From assembly GCA_015489365.1 (NCBI GenBank), contig WFZW01000189.1:1-59628 (forward strand): a stretch of 59,628 nucleotides of DNA, in the 5' to 3' direction. The notes under the pieces are model-generated. The model saw only the letters and a program-made list of their open reading frames with translations, searched no databases and was not told the DNA's origin. A program made the position numbers and the translations under genes. The DNA comes from Deltaproteobacteria bacterium (GTDB taxonomy: Bacteria; Desulfobacterota; Dissulfuribacteria; Dissulfuribacterales; QOAL01). Below, piece after piece: positions 55,746 to 59,628 of the stretch (the first letter of the stretch is position 1; every line of letters begins with the position of its first letter).

Positions 55746-56501
55746 ATGGGTAAAAAGGATGAATGTATCAAGGGCGCCCCAAAATGGATGGTCACCTTTG
55801 GGGATCTCATGTCCCTTCTACTCTGCTTTTTCGTCTTACTGCTTTCCTTTTCCACGATGGATCCTGCCCAATTCAAGGAGGTCTCGGGTTCCCTAGAGAA
55901 GGCATTCGGGGTACAGAAGCAGGAGATTACCTTTGAAATTCCCAAGGGAGTGGATATCGTGTCCAGGGACTTTAACCCGGTGTTTAGTGTGGACATCGTC
56001 CTGGAAAAGATCAAGTCTGCCATTAAGCTGGAATTGATAAAGGGGGAGGTAGAGGTTGAGGCATTGAGCGACCGGGTGATTCTAAGGATGAACGATGAGG
56101 TGACATTTGCACCTGGAAGCGATAGGTTGACAGAGCCTGCCAAGGTAATACTGGACAAGATGAGAAAGATAATCGAGGAGGTCCCCGGAGAGGTCCTTGT
56201 GGCCGGCCATACGGATAACGTCCCGGTACATGGTAGATTTCCATCGAACTGGCATCTTTCTGCTGCAAGGGCTGCCTCGGTGGTGGTGTACCTGCTGAGC
56301 AAACATTCCATCGTCCCTACCCGCCTAGCAGCGGTCGGGTACGGGGACAGCAGGCCCATAGCTCCCAACAATTCCCCAGAAAATAGGGCACGAAACAGGA
56401 GGGTAGAGCTGATATTCATGCAACCTTCCAATCCGGATGATTTCGATGTGAAACCCGTTGATAAACAGGGCCTGCTTGAACAAGAATTAATGCCCCATTG
56501 A
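55746..56501 (+). CDS. motB: Flagellar stator protein MotB (OmpA-like C-terminus)
   Basis: GAPKWMVTFGDLMSLLLCFFVLL carries the plug/TM segment with the conserved Asp. The C-terminal OmpA-like domain has GHTDNVP...NRRVEL. Confidence 0.9.
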   Translation: MGKKDECIKGAPKWMVTFGDLMSLLLCFFVLLLSFSTMDPAQFKEVSGSLEKAFGVQKQEITFEIPKGVDIVSRDFNPVFSVDIVLEKIKSAIKLELIKGEVEVEALSDRVILRMNDEVTFAPGSDRLTEPAKVILDKMRKIIEEVPGEVLVAGHTDNVPVHGRFPSNWHLSAARAASVVVYLLSKHSIVPTRLAAVGYGDSRPIAPNNSPENRARNRRVELIFMQPSNPDDFDVKPVDKQGLLEQELMPH

Positions 56502-56519
56502 TATCAGGAATACAATATC

Positions 56520-57137
56520 ATGAAGTCCCCAACCACCGAAAATGACAAGCGCAATGATATCAGGATCAGGGATCGCGTTCTCCTCCAGTACAAGGAGATA
56601 GACGAAAAGAATTATGAAAAACTGGTTCACGATATCGAGGAAGGGATAATATGTCCTTGGACGGAGTGTTCGCATCCATACTTTACGAAAAGGATCTCAA
56701 GGTATCTAAAGAAGATAAAGGAGAAGGACGAGAACTTGGCAGGGGCACTGGAGATCCTAGATCAAAAACTCAGCCTTCTTCTAAACCTGTTGGATGAGGA
56801 AAAACACGGTTACCGTAAGGCCTTCAAGCTTGTTCGGGTAAATTTAAGCGCATCTGGCATTGCCTTCAAGACCCCTAAGAGGATGTCTAGGGGACATAAG
56901 TTGGAGTTGCACATTGGATTGCTGCCAGAGCATTATTTTTTCCGGTGTTATGCAGAAATACTCCGGGTAGATGCCCTATCCAAGGAAAATATGAACAAGA
57001 TAGCTGCACGCTTCATATGGATAACCGAGGATGACCAGGACCGTCTGATCGAACATATCTTCCAACACCAGGTTATTCAGCTTCGTATGAGGAGAAAGCA
57101 CAAGGAGATGAGGCGCGGAAAGAAACATAAGGATTAG
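56520..57137 (+). CDS. PilZ-domain protein (putative c-di-GMP receptor) next to the stator genes
   Basis: RNDIR (RxxxR) at aa 11-15 and NLSASG (D/NxSxxG) at aa 108-113. A ~90-aa helical insert lies between the two half-motifs. Confidence 0.6.
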   Translation: MKSPTTENDKRNDIRIRDRVLLQYKEIDEKNYEKLVHDIEEGIICPWTECSHPYFTKRISRYLKKIKEKDENLAGALEILDQKLSLLLNLLDEEKHGYRKAFKLVRVNLSASGIAFKTPKRMSRGHKLELHIGLLPEHYFFRCYAEILRVDALSKENMNKIAARFIWITEDDQDRLIEHIFQHQVIQLRMRRKHKEMRRGKKHKD

Positions 57138-58867
57138 GGCAATCCGTTGTCCACAAATCCATTTTCCAGATCGTAGCCTATGGACAGTTCTAGCAACTCG
57201 GTGCCACCTGTCCTGGACGGGGTATACCTTTTTTCGTGACGGTCGCAGGTTATAATCACCTGCCCGGAACGGGACAGTGCGCCCTTGATTTCTACCTTCA
57301 TCTGCAGGATATCCGCAATGATGGCCTCCTTCTGGGAGATCACCTCCTGCAATCCTTCCTGGCAGCCATCACGTAGTTCCTTTAATTTTACCATTCTTAA
57401 AAGCTGCTTCATGAGCCCCTTGATTTCAGAACAGTGCCTTGCCAGGATGAGTTCAACCCTTTTCTTTGCCTTTTCGACAGACATTTCACCAGTCAAGATC
57501 ATTGCGGTCAATTGCTTGATCGCGTGAAGTACCTGTTTTCGTTCAGGCGGGCAGGTCCTTACGGCAATTTTAAGCTTCTGACCCATTACAGCAGCGCTAT
57601 CCTTCAGACTGGCCGCATAGGCATCTGCCTGTCTTTTAAGATCTTCCTCCTGCCTGTCTACCTCCTTGAGTTGGGTGAAGAGATCCTCACCTAGATAAAT
57701 TCTTAGTACATTTCGAACCATCAATCCCTCGGCCGTTATCGATCTGGCATATATCTCCGCCTGGCCACACATGATCCTGGCACCAGAGGGGAGGAAGCGA
57801 ACCTCCGGCGCAGTAAGCCGGCAATCTGCCACCTCCCGTTTCACAAGGATACTCGTTTGGGCGGTGACCCTGGCATTCCTGGCTGCTCCTATCTCTATAT
57901 GTTTACCCGATCGTATCGAGCTCCTCACGAAGGAAGCCATTATGGGGCCTGAGACATCTACGGTTTCGCCCTCTACGGCCCCTTTCACCTCAAGCAGACC
58001 GTCGATCACCACGGCAAAATTTCCCTTTATGTCTCCCTGTACTACCACATCGGCAGCACACCTGAGTTCGTTGCCAGCTCCAGAAAGGTTTCCCGTGCTG
58101 AAATCCACGTCCTTGACCACTATGTGGTTTTGGACAGACAATTTTATTATATCAGAGGCCCTTGGTTCCTTTCCCTTGAAGTCATATACGATGATCCCAG
58201 GCTTTTCAGAAAAGAAGTCCTTGTAATGTCTTTTGGTCTCATCGTCATAGCCTTGGGTTACAGAAAGGCCTTCTCCTATCTCGATTGGGTGCGGGGCACC
58301 GGGCTCAGGGGCAATCTTCCAACCGTGAACATCGGTGCCATCCAACCCTTGAGTTGGTTCATAGACCCTCACCAGGCACTCACCTGCCCTGGCCTGGGGA
58401 AATTTGTTGATTTCTCTGAAATCTATGGAACCATCAGGAAGAATACGGCCTGGTTTCATGGCGAAGTCGAAGAAGACCTCTATCGATCCATCCAGGCCAT
58501 CGACAGGTGGCTCTCCCTTTATCAAAAGGGTACTTATCTCAGGGGCGGTATTGATTAATACGGTCCTTGGGCGAAGGTGTTTCTCTTTTCCCGGTGCAAG
58601 GAAGGTTAGCTCCTCCACATAGCCACTCAAGAGACTCTGCTTTACCTCTGGTGGGATCTTTATGTAATATTCTGAAAGTATCTCTTCCAGGGCCTTGGTT
58701 AGCACTTCAGGAGGAACCCGGGTAACCGGGGGCAAATCCATGGCCACCTTCATGATCCCCGGGCCGATATGGACCTCATCTATGGTATCCTTGATCCATG
58801 AGACCACATCCTCCTTAGGGCTGTCCGGTGTCAATTCAACTGCCTTATTTTCCGTGGTGTCAAACAT
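57134..58867 (-). CDS. FapA (DUF342) family protein
   Basis: ~577 aa with a beta-helix-like repetitive core (VVVQGDIKGNFAVVIDGLLEVKGAVEGETVDVSG...) followed by a C-terminal coiled coil. The ATG shares one nt with the upstream TGA stop. Confidence 0.65.
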   Translation of the reverse strand: MFDTTENKAVELTPDSPKEDVVSWIKDTIDEVHIGPGIMKVAMDLPPVTRVPPEVLTKALEEILSEYYIKIPPEVKQSLLSGYVEELTFLAPGKEKHLRPRTVLINTAPEISTLLIKGEPPVDGLDGSIEVFFDFAMKPGRILPDGSIDFREINKFPQARAGECLVRVYEPTQGLDGTDVHGWKIAPEPGAPHPIEIGEGLSVTQGYDDETKRHYKDFFSEKPGIIVYDFKGKEPRASDIIKLSVQNHIVVKDVDFSTGNLSGAGNELRCAADVVVQGDIKGNFAVVIDGLLEVKGAVEGETVDVSGPIMASFVRSSIRSGKHIEIGAARNARVTAQTSILVKREVADCRLTAPEVRFLPSGARIMCGQAEIYARSITAEGLMVRNVLRIYLGEDLFTQLKEVDRQEEDLKRQADAYAASLKDSAAVMGQKLKIAVRTCPPERKQVLHAIKQLTAMILTGEMSVEKAKKRVELILARHCSEIKGLMKQLLRMVKLKELRDGCQEGLQEVISQKEAIIADILQMKVEIKGALSRSGQVIITCDRHEKRYTPSRTGGTELLELSIGYDLENGFVDNGLP

Positions 58868-59628
58868 CAACTAATACAAGCCCCGCACTTTTTGCAATTG
58901 CCCGGTTGACAAAAGGCCGTTGGCCTTTCATTTAATGTACGCTTCCATTCCCGCCATAGGTAGTCTTTCTTTACCCTGTGGCGAATCAAATCCCACGGGA
59001 AAACGGTATCCTCCTCCCTGCTTCCTAAATAGGTATCGGAGCACAGCAAGGTTTTCTTTAAGGCAACGGAAAACGGCATGTCCTGATCGGCCATTATTTC
59101 GAGCAGGGAAGCAAGCCTCCTGTCTCCCCGGCTAAGGACCGCCTGAAACATTGCCCTCTTGGGGGCATCTAGCCTGAGTTGAACATTCGGTATCTTTGCC
59201 AACCCTTTTTTCAACACCCTTTGTGAGGCGATCAAGGCCGGTATGCCGGCAAACGCTGCCCATTGGAATGGTGTCCAGGCCTTTGGCACAAAAGAGCTTA
59301 CAGAAACGGTTATCCTCCCAAGATGTCCCCTGCTTTTTCCTATTGGCCTGACAAGTGCGTCTATCTCTTTTACCAATTCCAGTATCCCATTGATGTCATC
59401 CAAGTTTTCAGTGGGAAGGCCGATCATGAAATAGAGTTTGAGATTAGGGATACCACTGGCTACAAGCCTTTCAGCTGCCGAAACAATGGCTTCATGGCCG
59501 AGATTTTTGTTTATTGCGCATCTTAGTCTTTCGCTGCCGGCCTCAGGTGCTATGGTTGCGGTCTTTTGCCCCGATTTTTTTAGTAGCAGGATAAAGTCAT
59601 CAGACAATGCATCTGCCCTCAATGAAGA
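58867..59628 (-). CDS. Radical-SAM protein, C-terminal part (5' end beyond the right edge)
   Basis: The frame is open to the window edge. ...IAPEAGSERLRCAINKN...LKLYFMIGLPTE resembles the C-terminal half of large B12-binding-type radical-SAM proteins. Confidence 0.6.
   Translation of the reverse strand, partial: SSLRADALSDDFILLLKKSGQKTATIAPEAGSERLRCAINKNLGHEAIVSAAERLVASGIPNLKLYFMIGLPTENLDDINGILELVKEIDALVRPIGKSRGHLGRITVSVSSFVPKAWTPFQWAAFAGIPALIASQRVLKKGLAKIPNVQLRLDAPKRAMFQAVLSRGDRRLASLLEIMADQDMPFSVALKKTLLCSDTYLGSREEDTVFPWDLIRHRVKKDYLWREWKRTLNERPTAFCQPGNCKKCGACIS

Noticed and set aside
54947-56431. 494-aa ORF on the minus strand spanning motA and motB
   Set aside because: It is entirely antisense to two confidently identified genes. 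It has a low-complexity Ser/Leu/Thr/Pro-rich composition typical of a shadow frame, with no motif and no SD.

Overview
This 59.6-kb window is densely coded, with about 60 CDS and many 1-4 nt start/stop overlaps. It looks like ordinary chromosome from an anaerobic, flagellated, sulfur-metabolising bacterium. The gene content resembles sulfate-reducer-type Desulfobacterota: small assimilatory-type sulfite reductase, DUF39 plus NIL-ferredoxin homocysteine route, signal-peptide CbiK, multihaem cytochrome, and FlgM with an upstream partner. That taxonomic call is inference only.

Recognisable blocks, left to right:
- mnmA and a NIL-ferredoxin gene
- a ferredoxin gene coupled to a small sulfite reductase gene
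- an mlaEFDCA lipid-transport operon
- a radical-SAM/nucleosidase pair, then pepA
- a cobalamin-riboswitch-controlled operon: cbiK, btuC/D/F-like genes and cbiL, followed by a porin
- a 7-haem cytochrome c
- a bioF/bioH-like/bioC/bioD operon headed by a kinase-like gene
- larB, a CBS protein, DUF39 and larE
- hup, then a FlgM-associated gene and flgM
- a signalling cluster: Mrp, a PAS histidine kinase, a methyltransferase and a degenerate GGDEF protein
- tlyA, clpSA, glgP and adk
- TRAP transporter genes, yacG, a trxB-like gene, an MBL-fold hydrolase and hrpA
- motAB, a PilZ protein, FapA and a partial radical-SAM gene

Reading by eye, I found no rRNA, tRNA, CRISPR array, transposase, integrase, phage module or recognisable defence module. 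I did not find a self-evident novel multi-gene system.

The strongest unexplained signal is a mosaic, hairpin-containing repeat family that fills almost every long intergenic gap (at least 8 loci). One inverted pair brackets the B12 riboswitch, and one copy supplies the 3' end of cbiL.

Secondary candidates are unusual domain or operon architectures:
- MlaF fused to a degenerate GGDEF domain, with no mlaB in the operon
- a BtuF-like binding protein with SLH repeats
- DUF39 translationally coupled to LarE
- an SplB-like radical-SAM gene coupled to a nucleosidase gene
- a degenerate GGDEF / pseudo-receiver / DHp protein with no ATPase domain
- a 36-aa hyper-basic microprotein

All family assignments come from motif recognition by eye. 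No searches were run.
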